Part shown: positions 55,611 through 64,000 of the stretch, piece by piece
Position numbering within the stretch: the stretch's first letter is position 1
Layout: each line of letters begins with the position of its first letter
NCBI GenBank assembly: GCA_964624145.1
Contig: CAZUXT010000002.1
Coordinates: 86,020-150,019, forward strand
DNA from: an uncultured Eubacteriales bacterium
GTDB taxonomy: Bacteria > Acidobacteriota > Aminicenantia > Aminicenantales > Aminicenantaceae
Direction of reading: 5' to 3'
Length of the DNA stretch: 64,000 nucleotides
The notes under the pieces: generated by a model
What the model was told of the DNA's origin: nothing
The model's database searches: none
Seen by the model: the letters and a program-made list of their open reading frames with translations, nothing else
Made by a program: the position numbers and the translations under genes

Positions 55611-56576
55611 ATGGGAAAAAATAAAGATTACTATCAGATTGAGAAGAGTATTCAGGAGTATAAGAAAGAAATCGACAGGCTGGAAGAAGAGGAAGAAACT
55701 GATAAAGAGAGAGTCAAAAAGCTCAGGGATTCCATAAAAAAAGAATGGGAAAAAATCAGGCCTCAGCTCACTCCACTTCACTTCGTCCAGATCGCCCGGC
55801 ACCCGGACAGGCCTTATACTCTGGATTATATCGAAGTGCTCACAAAAGATTTTTTGGAGTTTCACGGAGACAGGCGCTCAGGTGATGACCCTGCGATCGT
55901 GGCCGGATTCGGAACCTACAGAGGGTGGACGGCAGCGATTATCGGACACCAAAAGGGGAGAAAAACCAGAGAGAGGATCGCAAGGAATTTTGGTCAACCC
56001 AATCCCGAAGGTTTCCGCAAAGCATTGAGAATAATGAGGTTGGCTGAAAAATATGGACATCCGGTTGTTACTTTTATTGACACGCCGGGAGCTTTCCCAG
56101 GTTTAGAAGCTGAAGAGAGGGGTCAGGCAGAGGCCATTGCCTATAACCTTAAGGAGATTTCAAAGTTAAAAGTCCCTATAGTGAACATTGTCATCGGAGA
56201 AGGAGGAAGCGGCGGTGCTCTCGGCATAGGAGTGGGTGATGAGCTTCTGATGCTTGAAAATTCTTTTTATTCTGTCATATCTCCCGAAGGATGCGCTGCG
56301 ATTCTCTGGAAAGATCAGAGCGCTGTATCAAAGGCCGCAGAGAACCTTAGATTTCTGGCGGAAGACCTGGTCAAGTTTGGCGTAGCCGATAAAATAATAA
56401 AAGAACCCCCCGGAGGGGCTCATACTAACTGGTTGGAGACGTTTAGCAATGTGGATAAGGAACTGGAAAAGACCCTGAAAAAGATAGACAAGATGTCTGT
56501 TGAGGAGCGCCTTGAAAAAAGATATCAAAAGTACAGGAAGGTCGGTGTTTTTGAGGAAAATGATGAGCCAAAGTAA
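55611..56576 (+). CDS. accA: Acetyl-CoA carboxylase carboxyltransferase subunit alpha
   Basis: ARHPDRPYTLDYI, FIDTPGAFPGLEAEERGQAEAIA, GEGGSGGALG. Confidence 0.95.
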   Translation: MGKNKDYYQIEKSIQEYKKEIDRLEEEEETDKERVKKLRDSIKKEWEKIRPQLTPLHFVQIARHPDRPYTLDYIEVLTKDFLEFHGDRRSGDDPAIVAGFGTYRGWTAAIIGHQKGRKTRERIARNFGQPNPEGFRKALRIMRLAEKYGHPVVTFIDTPGAFPGLEAEERGQAEAIAYNLKEISKLKVPIVNIVIGEGGSGGALGIGVGDELLMLENSFYSVISPEGCAAILWKDQSAVSKAAENLRFLAEDLVKFGVADKIIKEPPGGAHTNWLETFSNVDKELEKTLKKIDKMSVEERLEKRYQKYRKVGVFEENDEPK

Positions 56577-57819
56577 GAACAGGGAGCCGTCCTCCATTAA
56601 AGGAACCAGAGATATCCTGCCGGGAGAGTCCAGAAAGTGGAAGAGAGCGGAAAAAGAGGCACAAAGAATATTTGAGCTCTATGGATATAGGGAAATAAGG
56701 ACGCCTGTTTTTGAATCCACCGAACTTTTTGAAAAAGGGACAGGCGAGACCTCTGATGTGGTTATCAAGGAGATGTACACTTTCACAGACAAAGGGGGCC
56801 GGTCCCTGACTTTAAGGCCTGAATACACTCCTTCTGTTGTCCGGTCGATCATAGAAAACAGGCTTTACTTGAAGCCCGATCTGATGAGATTTTATTTTAT
56901 CGGGCCTATGTTTCGGTATGACAAACCCCAGAAAGGCCGTTACCGCCAATTCCATCAGGCAGACATTGAAGTGTTCGGAGAGAAGGACCCTGAAGTGGAT
57001 GCGGAAATAGTGGAAATGGCCTATACACTGCTCAAAAATCTCGGGGTTGAAGGGATAGAAATCCTCATAAATTCTGTGGGGTGCAGAAAATGCCGTCCTG
57101 AATACCACAAAAAGTTAAGGACAGCCGCGGAAAAGCAAAGGGCGAGGCTCTGTGAGGACTGCCAGAGGAAAATCGACACAAACCCTCTTCGTATATTTGA
57201 CTGCAAGAAAGAGAACTGCAGGAATGCTGCTCTGGGATTTCCGAGGATCACAGAATTTCTCTGTGCCGAATGCCAGAGCCATTTTGAGAAATTTTGCCGT
57301 CTGCTTGATTTTTATGGTTTGAAGTATACGGTTGATCCGCAGCTGGTAAGGGGCCTGGATTATTATACGAAGACGACTTTTGAGATCACATGTTCTGAAC
57401 TGGGGGCCCAGGATGCTGTTTTGGGGGGGGGCCGTTATGATGAGATGATGAAGGACTTCGGGGGCCCTGATATATGCGGTATAGGATTTGCCATGGGGAT
57501 GGAGAGGCTCCTTTCCGTGATGCCTGATATTGATGAGCCGGAGAAATTCCTTTATATTGTGCACATAGGAGAGGAAGCCAAAAAAGTCTCCATGAGGCTG
57601 GCACAGTATTTCCGGAGAAAAGGAGTTGAATGTGTGCTGGAGTATAAAGACAGGAAGCTTAAAAAACAAATGAGCCGTGCGGACAAGTTGAAGGCCGAGT
57701 GGACTCTGGTGGTGGGAGAAGAGGAGATAGAAAAAAACAAATACCAGTTAAAGGATATGAGCACCGGGGAACAAAAGGAAGTCACGAAAGAAGAGGCTTT
57801 GAAAAGAATGATCGGATAA
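56560..57819 (+). CDS. hisS: Histidine--tRNA ligase
   Basis: IKGTRDILPGE, YGYREIRTPVFE, LRPEYT, FRYDKPQKGRYRQFHQ, GGGRYD. ATG 56560 overlaps the accA 3' end. Confidence 0.95.
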   Translation: MMSQSKNREPSSIKGTRDILPGESRKWKRAEKEAQRIFELYGYREIRTPVFESTELFEKGTGETSDVVIKEMYTFTDKGGRSLTLRPEYTPSVVRSIIENRLYLKPDLMRFYFIGPMFRYDKPQKGRYRQFHQADIEVFGEKDPEVDAEIVEMAYTLLKNLGVEGIEILINSVGCRKCRPEYHKKLRTAAEKQRARLCEDCQRKIDTNPLRIFDCKKENCRNAALGFPRITEFLCAECQSHFEKFCRLLDFYGLKYTVDPQLVRGLDYYTKTTFEITCSELGAQDAVLGGGRYDEMMKDFGGPDICGIGFAMGMERLLSVMPDIDEPEKFLYIVHIGEEAKKVSMRLAQYFRRKGVECVLEYKDRKLKKQMSRADKLKAEWTLVVGEEEIEKNKYQLKDMSTGEQKEVTKEEALKRMIG

Positions 57820-57855
57820 AGAGAGAATACTCATTCGATCTTTACAGGAGACATC

Positions 57856-59649
57856 ATGAAATCCGAAAGCAAATTAAAGGGGAAGCGAACGCACTATTGC
57901 GGAGAGCTGCGAAAAAAAGATGTGGATAAAGAAGTCAATCTCTTCGGCTGGGTGAACAGGATTAGAGACATAGGGAACCTTATTTTTATAGATCTCAGAG
58001 ACAGAGAAGGCCTGGCTCAGGTCGTCATCTCTTCAGAACAGAAGGCCCTTTTAGAAAAAGCCAAAAATATTCGTATGGAGTATGTGCTGGCTGTAAAGGG
58101 AGTTGTGAAGCCCAGAGAAAAGGACATGAGGAATCCTGAACTCGCCACAGGAGACATCGAAGTGCTGGCCAAAGAAATGGAAATCTTAAGCCAGAGCGAG
58201 ACTCTTCCGTTTGTCATCTCTGACCCGGTCAAAGCGACGGAAGAGATGCGGTTTAAATACAGGTATCTTGACCTGAGAAGGCCTTCCATGCAGAGGAACA
58301 TAAAGCTTCGCACCAGGGCCGCTCTGACAGTCCGGAATTTCTTGGATAAAAGGGGCTTTTATGAAATCGAAACTCCCTTTTTGACAAAATCGACTCCTGA
58401 AGGAGCGAGGGACTATCTCGTGCCCAGCCGTGAGTACAAAGGACGCTTTTTTGCCCTTCCCCAGTCTCCGCAGATTTTTAAGCAGATATTCATGATATCA
58501 GGATTTGACAGATATTTTCAGATCGTCAGATGTTTCAGGGATGAAGACTTAAGAGCTGACAGACAGCCGGAATTCACCCAGATAGATATGGAGATGAGCT
58601 TTGCCGGACAGGAGGATGTGTTTTCCGTAACAGAAGAGATGATGACTTGTTTGTTTGATTTGATTGGAGTCAGGCTGTCACGTCCCTTTCCCAGAATCAC
58701 TTATGAGGAGAGTATGGAAAGGTTTGGAACAGACAGGCCTGACCTCAGAAACAGAATGGAGATAAAGGACCTTACTGATACGGGGTCGCGCATAGATTCC
58801 AGAATCATCAAATCAGCCCTTCGGTCAGATGGAGTGCTCAAAGGACTTGTGGTTCAAGATGGAAAAAGTCTCTCAAGAAGCCGGCTGGATAAAGTGGAGA
58901 AAAGAGCCAGAGAGCTGGGGGCCAAAGGAATCATATGGATCAAAAAAGAAAAACTAACATTTACATCTCCTTTAAGGCTTAAAAACGAGGATTTCACTCA
59001 AATCTGGGAAAAATCAGGAGCTGGAGAGGATGACCTCATCCTGCTGGTGGCAGACAAAAAGGAAACAGTCCTGCGTGTACTCGGAGAGCTGAGAACGGAT
59101 TTTTTTTCTCAGGGGAAAAAAGACAGCACAGATTTTCAGTTTGTCTGGATAACGGATTTCCCTCTTTTCGAGTGGAGCGAGGACGAAAACAAACTGGTGT
59201 CCATGCATCATCCTTTTACATCTCCCAGGGCGGAAGATATACCTGACCTGGAAAAAGAGCCCCTCAAGGTCAGAGCGGATGCCTATGACCTGGTTGTGAA
59301 TGGGGTCGAGATAGGCGGAGGGTCGATAAGGATAAAGGACAGGGATACCCAGGAAAGGATTTTTAAGGTTTTGGGGCTGGATGAGAAGGAACAGGAGCAG
59401 AAGTTCGGATTTTTCTTGAAAGCACTGACTTACGGTGCCCCTCCGCACGGCGGGATTGCTCTGGGTTTTGACCGTATCGTTATGATTTTAGCAGGAGAGA
59501 ATTCCATCCGTGATGTGATTCCTTTTCCCAAGACCACCAGCTCTCTTTGCCTTATGACAGACTCTCCATCCGTGGTCGACGAGAATCGTCTTAAAGAGCT
59601 GGGGATCGGAATTATTGAAAAAAACAAAGGGGGAACAGAAAATGAATAA
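57856..59649 (+). CDS. aspS: Aspartate--tRNA ligase (bacterial type)
   Basis: FIDLRDREG, LPQSPQIFKQ, CFRDEDLRADRQPEFTQID, GGGSIRI, HGGIALGFDR. Confidence 0.95.
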   Translation: MKSESKLKGKRTHYCGELRKKDVDKEVNLFGWVNRIRDIGNLIFIDLRDREGLAQVVISSEQKALLEKAKNIRMEYVLAVKGVVKPREKDMRNPELATGDIEVLAKEMEILSQSETLPFVISDPVKATEEMRFKYRYLDLRRPSMQRNIKLRTRAALTVRNFLDKRGFYEIETPFLTKSTPEGARDYLVPSREYKGRFFALPQSPQIFKQIFMISGFDRYFQIVRCFRDEDLRADRQPEFTQIDMEMSFAGQEDVFSVTEEMMTCLFDLIGVRLSRPFPRITYEESMERFGTDRPDLRNRMEIKDLTDTGSRIDSRIIKSALRSDGVLKGLVVQDGKSLSRSRLDKVEKRARELGAKGIIWIKKEKLTFTSPLRLKNEDFTQIWEKSGAGEDDLILLVADKKETVLRVLGELRTDFFSQGKKDSTDFQFVWITDFPLFEWSEDENKLVSMHHPFTSPRAEDIPDLEKEPLKVRADAYDLVVNGVEIGGGSIRIKDRDTQERIFKVLGLDEKEQEQKFGFFLKALTYGAPPHGGIALGFDRIVMILAGENSIRDVIPFPKTTSSLCLMTDSPSVVDENRLKELGIGIIEKNKGGTENE

Positions 59650-60916
59650 CAAGAATAGTGTACACGGTAATGCATTTCAAAAAGCGTTGGATCTGGGAAG
59701 GCCGCCCAATATAAAAACACTTTTTCCCAATTCAAAGGCCTTGATAGTGAGCGGTAAGTTCATAGACAGGGCTGTTCTCAAAAAGGGCAAAGCCATATGC
59801 ATGGCCGCTAACGGACGAAACCATTTTGTCATCCGCGGAGTGCTGAAAGCAGCCCAGAGAGCGAATTCGGTCATCATTATTGAAATCGCTAAATCAGAAG
59901 GAGGGGCCGGTGCTTACTGCGCTGTTAACTACTGGAATATAGCCAGGCAGGTCGATGCCGTGTGCAATGAGCTTGGCATAACCGTGCCGGTGGCCATTCA
60001 TGCTGATCATTACTCCATAAAAAAGAAAGAAGATATCGAACCCGCACGCACAGAGATCCCCACTTTGTTTGAAGCGGGGCTGACCTCTATTGCCATAGAT
60101 GCCTCTCACCTCCAGGAGGATGAGAATTTACTGGCGAACCTGGAGCTCAGTAAATACGTCCCTGACTGGGCTTCTTTAGAGACTGAAGTGGGGGAGATCA
60201 AAGGGAAAGAAGGCCTGTCCACAGAAGAGGAAGCTCTGTTTCAGATACAGGGGCTTAATGCGCATGACATATTTCCGGATTGGATCGCGCTCAACAACGG
60301 GACGACCCATGGAATCGAAGAAAGCGATGCGGGCATTCAGGTGGATCTGACTGCCCGGATACACAAAGCGGTAGAACAGTACCATGTTTCAGGCGCCCAG
60401 CACGGGACTTCAGGAAACAGCTCTGACAGGCTTCGGAAGATAGCTCAAAAGACCCGGACCACAAAAGCGAATGTGGCCACAGCGCTCCAGATGATATCCT
60501 GGGGATTACAAGTCAACGACTATGGCAATGCCCAGCTGGATAAAGACGGAAACTTCCTTAAACTTGAAGGAGAAGGCGTGACTGAAGATATGTGGCAGAA
60601 GATGAAGGCCTATGCAGAGGAAAAAGGCCTTAAGGGAGGAAATTATAAAAAGCTGAATCTTCCTTTTGAGAACAAACTCCTAGGGCAGCCCAGAGAAATC
60701 AGGGAGCGGATGATAAAGAGGGTGGAAGATTTTGTTTTTCATATGCTAAAGGATGTGTTCAATGCCAAAGACACGGCCCCCATTGCGCTGGATGTCATAT
60801 TAGAGGCCGGCTCCTGCGATCCGGGTCCCAAGGTCGGCCGTATGGAAAACCCTGAAGAATGGACTGCTGATAAGATTAGAGAGAAAGCCCGGGCTTTCTC
60901 CGGCGGAAAAAGATGA
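59642..60916 (+). CDS. fba: Class II fructose-bisphosphate aldolase (long form)
   Basis: VAIHADH, IAIDASH, LETEVGEIKG, NNGTTHG, GAQHGTSG. ATG 59642 overlaps the aspS stop by 8 nt. Confidence 0.8.
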   Translation: MNNKNSVHGNAFQKALDLGRPPNIKTLFPNSKALIVSGKFIDRAVLKKGKAICMAANGRNHFVIRGVLKAAQRANSVIIIEIAKSEGGAGAYCAVNYWNIARQVDAVCNELGITVPVAIHADHYSIKKKEDIEPARTEIPTLFEAGLTSIAIDASHLQEDENLLANLELSKYVPDWASLETEVGEIKGKEGLSTEEEALFQIQGLNAHDIFPDWIALNNGTTHGIEESDAGIQVDLTARIHKAVEQYHVSGAQHGTSGNSSDRLRKIAQKTRTTKANVATALQMISWGLQVNDYGNAQLDKDGNFLKLEGEGVTEDMWQKMKAYAEEKGLKGGNYKKLNLPFENKLLGQPREIRERMIKRVEDFVFHMLKDVFNAKDTAPIALDVILEAGSCDPGPKVGRMENPEEWTADKIREKARAFSGGKR

Positions 60917-60970
60917 ACAGAGCATTTTGCGGGGGAATTTGAGGCTGTTAAAGAGCAGCTAGAGCCTTAA

Positions 60971-61696
60971 ATGAAATGCGCTTACTTTGCTTCAACCGGT
61001 CGGACAGGAACCGATTTTTTCACCAAATTGTTTAACGATGTGGTGAAAAATTGTTGGAGCTTGCACGAACCCAAACCTGCGTTCAGAAGAAAAGCATCAA
61101 AGCTGATATCGAATCCTTTCAGCTTTTTTGATTACACTTATTTTAAAATTCCGAGAATCTACCTTCATTTAAAAAGAAAAGAAGAGTGGTACGTGGAGAC
61201 CAATTATCATCTTTTTGCAGCTATCCAACTGATTAGAAAAGCATTCCCGGAATCGCTCGTTTTTCATCTTATAAGGGACGGAAGAGATGTTACAACATCG
61301 TGGCTCAACAAGTTCCGCTATATAACCAATGACCACATTGTCCCCTTTGATATTCCCGGGGATAAGGCCCGGAAATACTGGGAGAGATGGAACCCTCTGC
61401 AGAAACTTGCCTGGTACTGGAAAACAGTCAACAATCATATTTTAACCACTCCTTCGGATCTTCTGGTTAAATTCGAGGATATTTTTCAAGGTGAAAAAAA
61501 GGGATGTTTCGAAATATTGGACATGTTCGAAGGGATTGAGTACCGACGGGAACAGGTTATGGAACTACTTTCCGAGAAAGTCAATGAAAACAAGAACGAT
61601 TTTTTCCCGAAATATCAAGAATGGCCTGACAGATGGAAAGAACAGTTCTGGGAAATTGCCGGAAAAACAATGGAGGCCTTTGGTTACAAAGAATAA
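60971..61696 (+). CDS. Sulfotransferase-family protein
   Basis: ASTGRTGTDFF (5'-PSB-like loop) and HLIRDGRDV (3'-PB-like). Confidence 0.5.
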   Translation: MKCAYFASTGRTGTDFFTKLFNDVVKNCWSLHEPKPAFRRKASKLISNPFSFFDYTYFKIPRIYLHLKRKEEWYVETNYHLFAAIQLIRKAFPESLVFHLIRDGRDVTTSWLNKFRYITNDHIVPFDIPGDKARKYWERWNPLQKLAWYWKTVNNHILTTPSDLLVKFEDIFQGEKKGCFEILDMFEGIEYRREQVMELLSEKVNENKNDFFPKYQEWPDRWKEQFWEIAGKTMEAFGYKE

Positions 61697-61748
61697 TCCA
61701 GGTCAAATATCCTGGCGCTCTTAATCTTCGGTTTTACAGAAAAAATGC

Positions 61749-61777
61749 TTGACATGGGGGAGGAAATCTTCTATATT
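61749..61777 (+). promoter_or_regulatory. Sigma-70 promoter TTGACA-N17-TATATT with overlapping inverted repeat (candidate PadR operator)
   Basis: TTGACA at 61749-61754, a 17-nt spacer, then TATATT at 61772-61777. The inverted repeat ATCTTC-N9-GAAGAT (61766-61786) spans the -10. AAGGAG SD at 61792-61797. Confidence 0.65.
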
Positions 61778-61803
61778 ACCGAAGATATTGTAAGGAGTGA
61801 CCG

Positions 61804-62130
61804 ATGAAATTTTTATCAAGGCAGGAAGAACTTCTCCTCCTTTCCATTTTAAGGCTGGGTGAGAATGCCTATGGTGTGCCTATCCGCCGGCACATCTCAG
61901 ATGTGACCGATAAATACTGGTCCATCGGGGCGATTTATGATGTGCTGGATAGACTGGCAAGAAAAGGACTGGTCTCCGCAATCACAGGAGAGCCTGAAAA
62001 AAAAAGAGGGGGAAAAAGCAAAAGATTCTATAGAATAACGAAACAGGGGGTCAGAGCGCTTGAAGAAGTCAGAGAACTTCAACAAAAAACCTGGATTGAC
62101 ATTCCTGTGCCTGCTCAAAAAAAGAAGTAA
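61804..62130 (+). CDS. PadR-family transcriptional regulator
   Basis: 108 aa. ELLLLSILRLGENAYGVPIRRHI...GAIYDVLDRLARKGLV...KRFYRITKQG is a winged HTH of the PadR type. Confidence 0.9.
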   Translation: MKFLSRQEELLLLSILRLGENAYGVPIRRHISDVTDKYWSIGAIYDVLDRLARKGLVSAITGEPEKKRGGKSKRFYRITKQGVRALEEVRELQQKTWIDIPVPAQKKK

Positions 62131-62135
62131 ATCCT

Positions 62136-64000
62136 ATGCCGCACAAGAGACTCACACCTCCGCCTCTCGCAACCCGGCTTTTAAAGATGACAGCCAGCTC
62201 CGGCGATTATGACTCTGCTTTCGGAGACCTCGTTGAAACATTTGAATATATTGCCGAAAAAGAGGGGCATAAAAAAGCCATGAGGTGGTTCTGGAAAGAG
62301 GTCCTGAAGTCCTTATCAGGTTTTCTGAAGAACAGAACACACAGGAGTGCCGCCATGATCAAAAATTATGTTAAGATCGCCCTTAGAAATATCCGCCGGA
62401 ACAAAATTTTTACTCTGATAAATACCCTGGGATTGGCCGTTGGAATGGCCTGTTTCATCTTGATAACACTCTGGATCCAGGACGAGACGAGCTATGACAA
62501 GTTTCACACCAATAAAGACAATCTTTTTCTGCTTACCGTCATTCATCCCGACAATATTATGGATCCCAATGTCCCCTATGCTCTGGCCCCGCGTTTGGCA
62601 GATGAAATTCCTGAAATCGTTCATTACACCCGGATATACAGCCTTGGCAGCATAAGGACATGCACTTTCAAATACCAGCCAAGTCAGGGGATGTCCGTCA
62701 TGCACTATGAGACAAACGTCGACCTGGTCGATTCTTCCTTTTTTTCCATGTTCTCTTTTCCGTTTGTATACGGGAATGCCGAGTCGGCTTTTCGAGATCC
62801 TCATTCACTTGTCATAACGGATAGAATCGCTGCCAAATACTTCGGTCGGGACAATCCGATGGGAAAGACTCTGACTTTGAATAATAAAGAAGACCTGGTT
62901 GTCACAGGTGTGATCAACATCCCCTCCAATTCCCACCTGCAAATGGATTTCATTGCGCGGCTGCCGGAACGACTGGATAGCGATTGGAACTGGAGGGATC
63001 CCTCCTATGTGCTTTTGAAAGGAGATTCTTCTCTGTCAGATGTGAGAGAAAAAATCGAAGGAGCTTTAAGCAGGCACAGTCCTTATTCCATTGCCGATAT
63101 ATTTAAAATTGATATATTGCCCCTTGCCAGAGTCCACTTAAGTTTCGGCCGTCGCATGTATGTGTACATCTTTTCGGTGATTGCGGTGTTTATTCTGCTT
63201 ATAGCTTGTATCAATTATATGAATCTGGCCACAGCCAGTTCGGCCAATCGAGTCAAAGAAGTCGGGATGCGCAAAGTCATGGGGGCCAAGCGCCAGGAGC
63301 TCATCCAGCAGTTCCTGGGCGAGTCCATCCTGATGTCAGCTGTCGGTTTTGGCCTCTCTCTCATTCTGGTGAGGATAGGGCTTCCTTTAATCAACAGTCT
63401 TACTGCCAAGCAATTGGACTTTTCGCTTCTCTACAGACATTCGATGTATCTTTATTTGTTAGGTCTCATTTTAATCGTGGGTTTGGTGTCAGGTCTCTAT
63501 CCGGCCTTTTTCCTTTCTTCCAGCCGGCCGGCCGAAGCTCTCAAAACATCTTCTCCTTTCAAATCCAAGCGTTCATCATTCCGGGTGGTCACGGTAGTCG
63601 GGCAGTTTGCCGTTTCTGTACTTCTTATTGCCTGTACAGCAGTGGTCTTTCAGCAGTTGGATTTTATTCAGAAAAGGCCTTTGGGCTTCAGCCTTAATCA
63701 CGTAGTGAGAGTTCCGATCAATCCCATAATTTTGAACCGGTTTCAGAGTTACAAGAACGACCTGCTTCAGAATGCGAATATCCTGAACGTCACGGCCGGT
63801 CAAGCCGTTCCCTATGATGAGGATTACAAAACCTCCGGGGTGGAATGGGAAGGGAAGGATCCGGAGATGTCTCCTTATATCAGATATAGCATCGTTCAGT
63901 CCGATTATATGGAGACCTTTGGGATGGAGGTTGTGGACGGAAGGTCTTTCCAAAGCGGCTCTATGGCTGATATGAGAAATTATGTCATAAACGAAAAAGC
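62136..64000 (+). CDS. ADOP-type permease: permease-prefix domain fused to FtsX/MacB-like permease (3' end beyond window)
   Basis: Absent from the track because there is no stop within the window. ATG 62136, 6 nt after the padR stop. MPHKRLTPPPLATRLLK...GDLVETFEYI...WFWKEVLKSLSGFLKNRTHRSAAMIKNYVKIALRNIRRNKIFTLINTLGLAVGMACF..., then a MacB-like periplasmic domain and an FtsX TM bundle (VGMRKVMGAKRQELIQQFLGES). Confidence 0.9.
   Translation, partial: MPHKRLTPPPLATRLLKMTASSGDYDSAFGDLVETFEYIAEKEGHKKAMRWFWKEVLKSLSGFLKNRTHRSAAMIKNYVKIALRNIRRNKIFTLINTLGLAVGMACFILITLWIQDETSYDKFHTNKDNLFLLTVIHPDNIMDPNVPYALAPRLADEIPEIVHYTRIYSLGSIRTCTFKYQPSQGMSVMHYETNVDLVDSSFFSMFSFPFVYGNAESAFRDPHSLVITDRIAAKYFGRDNPMGKTLTLNNKEDLVVTGVINIPSNSHLQMDFIARLPERLDSDWNWRDPSYVLLKGDSSLSDVREKIEGALSRHSPYSIADIFKIDILPLARVHLSFGRRMYVYIFSVIAVFILLIACINYMNLATASSANRVKEVGMRKVMGAKRQELIQQFLGESILMSAVGFGLSLILVRIGLPLINSLTAKQLDFSLLYRHSMYLYLLGLILIVGLVSGLYPAFFLSSSRPAEALKTSSPFKSKRSSFRVVTVVGQFAVSVLLIACTAVVFQQLDFIQKRPLGFSLNHVVRVPINPIILNRFQSYKNDLLQNANILNVTAGQAVPYDEDYKTSGVEWEGKDPEMSPYIRYSIVQSDYMETFGMEVVDGRSFQSGSMADMRNYVINEK

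Noticed and set aside
62152-63953. ORFs 62152-62340(-), 62316-62804(-), 63206-63697(+), 63576-63953(-)
   Set aside because: They overlap the unlisted but strongly supported prefix-permease reading frame starting at 62136, which has no stop in the window. They are off-frame or antisense artefacts.
1-64000. Search for CRISPR arrays, tRNA/rRNA genes and riboswitch-like leaders
   Set aside because: I saw no regularly spaced direct repeats, no tRNA-like T-arm/acceptor patterns, and no long structured leaders in intergenic regions. A covariance-model scan would be needed to be certain.

Overview
This 64-kb window looks like chromosomal DNA from an uncultivated, moderately AT-rich bacterium. PadR-linked ADOP-type FtsX permeases, many lipoproteins, and ECF and sigma-54 regulators are reminiscent of Acidobacteriota/Aminicenantes-like lineages, but I cannot verify this. 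All family calls come from reading motifs in the supplied translations; no searches were run. I found no rRNA, tRNA or CRISPR array.

The right two-thirds is ordinary. It holds housekeeping genes (accA, hisS, aspS, class II aldolase), glycoside hydrolases (GH51-like, GH97), a P-type ATPase, an S9 peptidase, sensor kinases, an alpha-2-macroglobulin/PbpC pair, two ECF sigma modules and a sigma-54 two-component operon.

The unusual part is 2.8-10.1 kb, a visibly AT-richer, rearranged patch. It contains IS91-family transposase remnants, a rarA fragment and a truncated permease-prefix fragment. Embedded in it is a compact two-gene cassette: a GIY-YIG nuclease-domain protein (5072-5677) followed 28 nt later by an OLD-family ABC-ATPase/TOPRIM nuclease (3052-5043). 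The cassette sits behind a 125-bp, 4-mismatch duplicate of the neighbouring permease promoter and first codons. OLD nucleases are known alone, with UvrD-like helicases (Gabija), with retrons, or split (PARIS). I know of no named system that pairs one with a GIY-YIG protein, so this is my best candidate for an undescribed defence-like system.

Other observations read directly from the sequence:
- a bipartite motif TTGTCAGTCA-N14-GTGTTT present three times around an ECF sigma operon;
- a textbook sigma-54 promoter with two tandem palindromic upstream sites;
- an in-frame TGA splitting a permease prefix from its permease;
- an M48 peptidase-like protein with QExxH instead of HExxH;
- a sulfatase-like gene frameshifted at a homopolymer.
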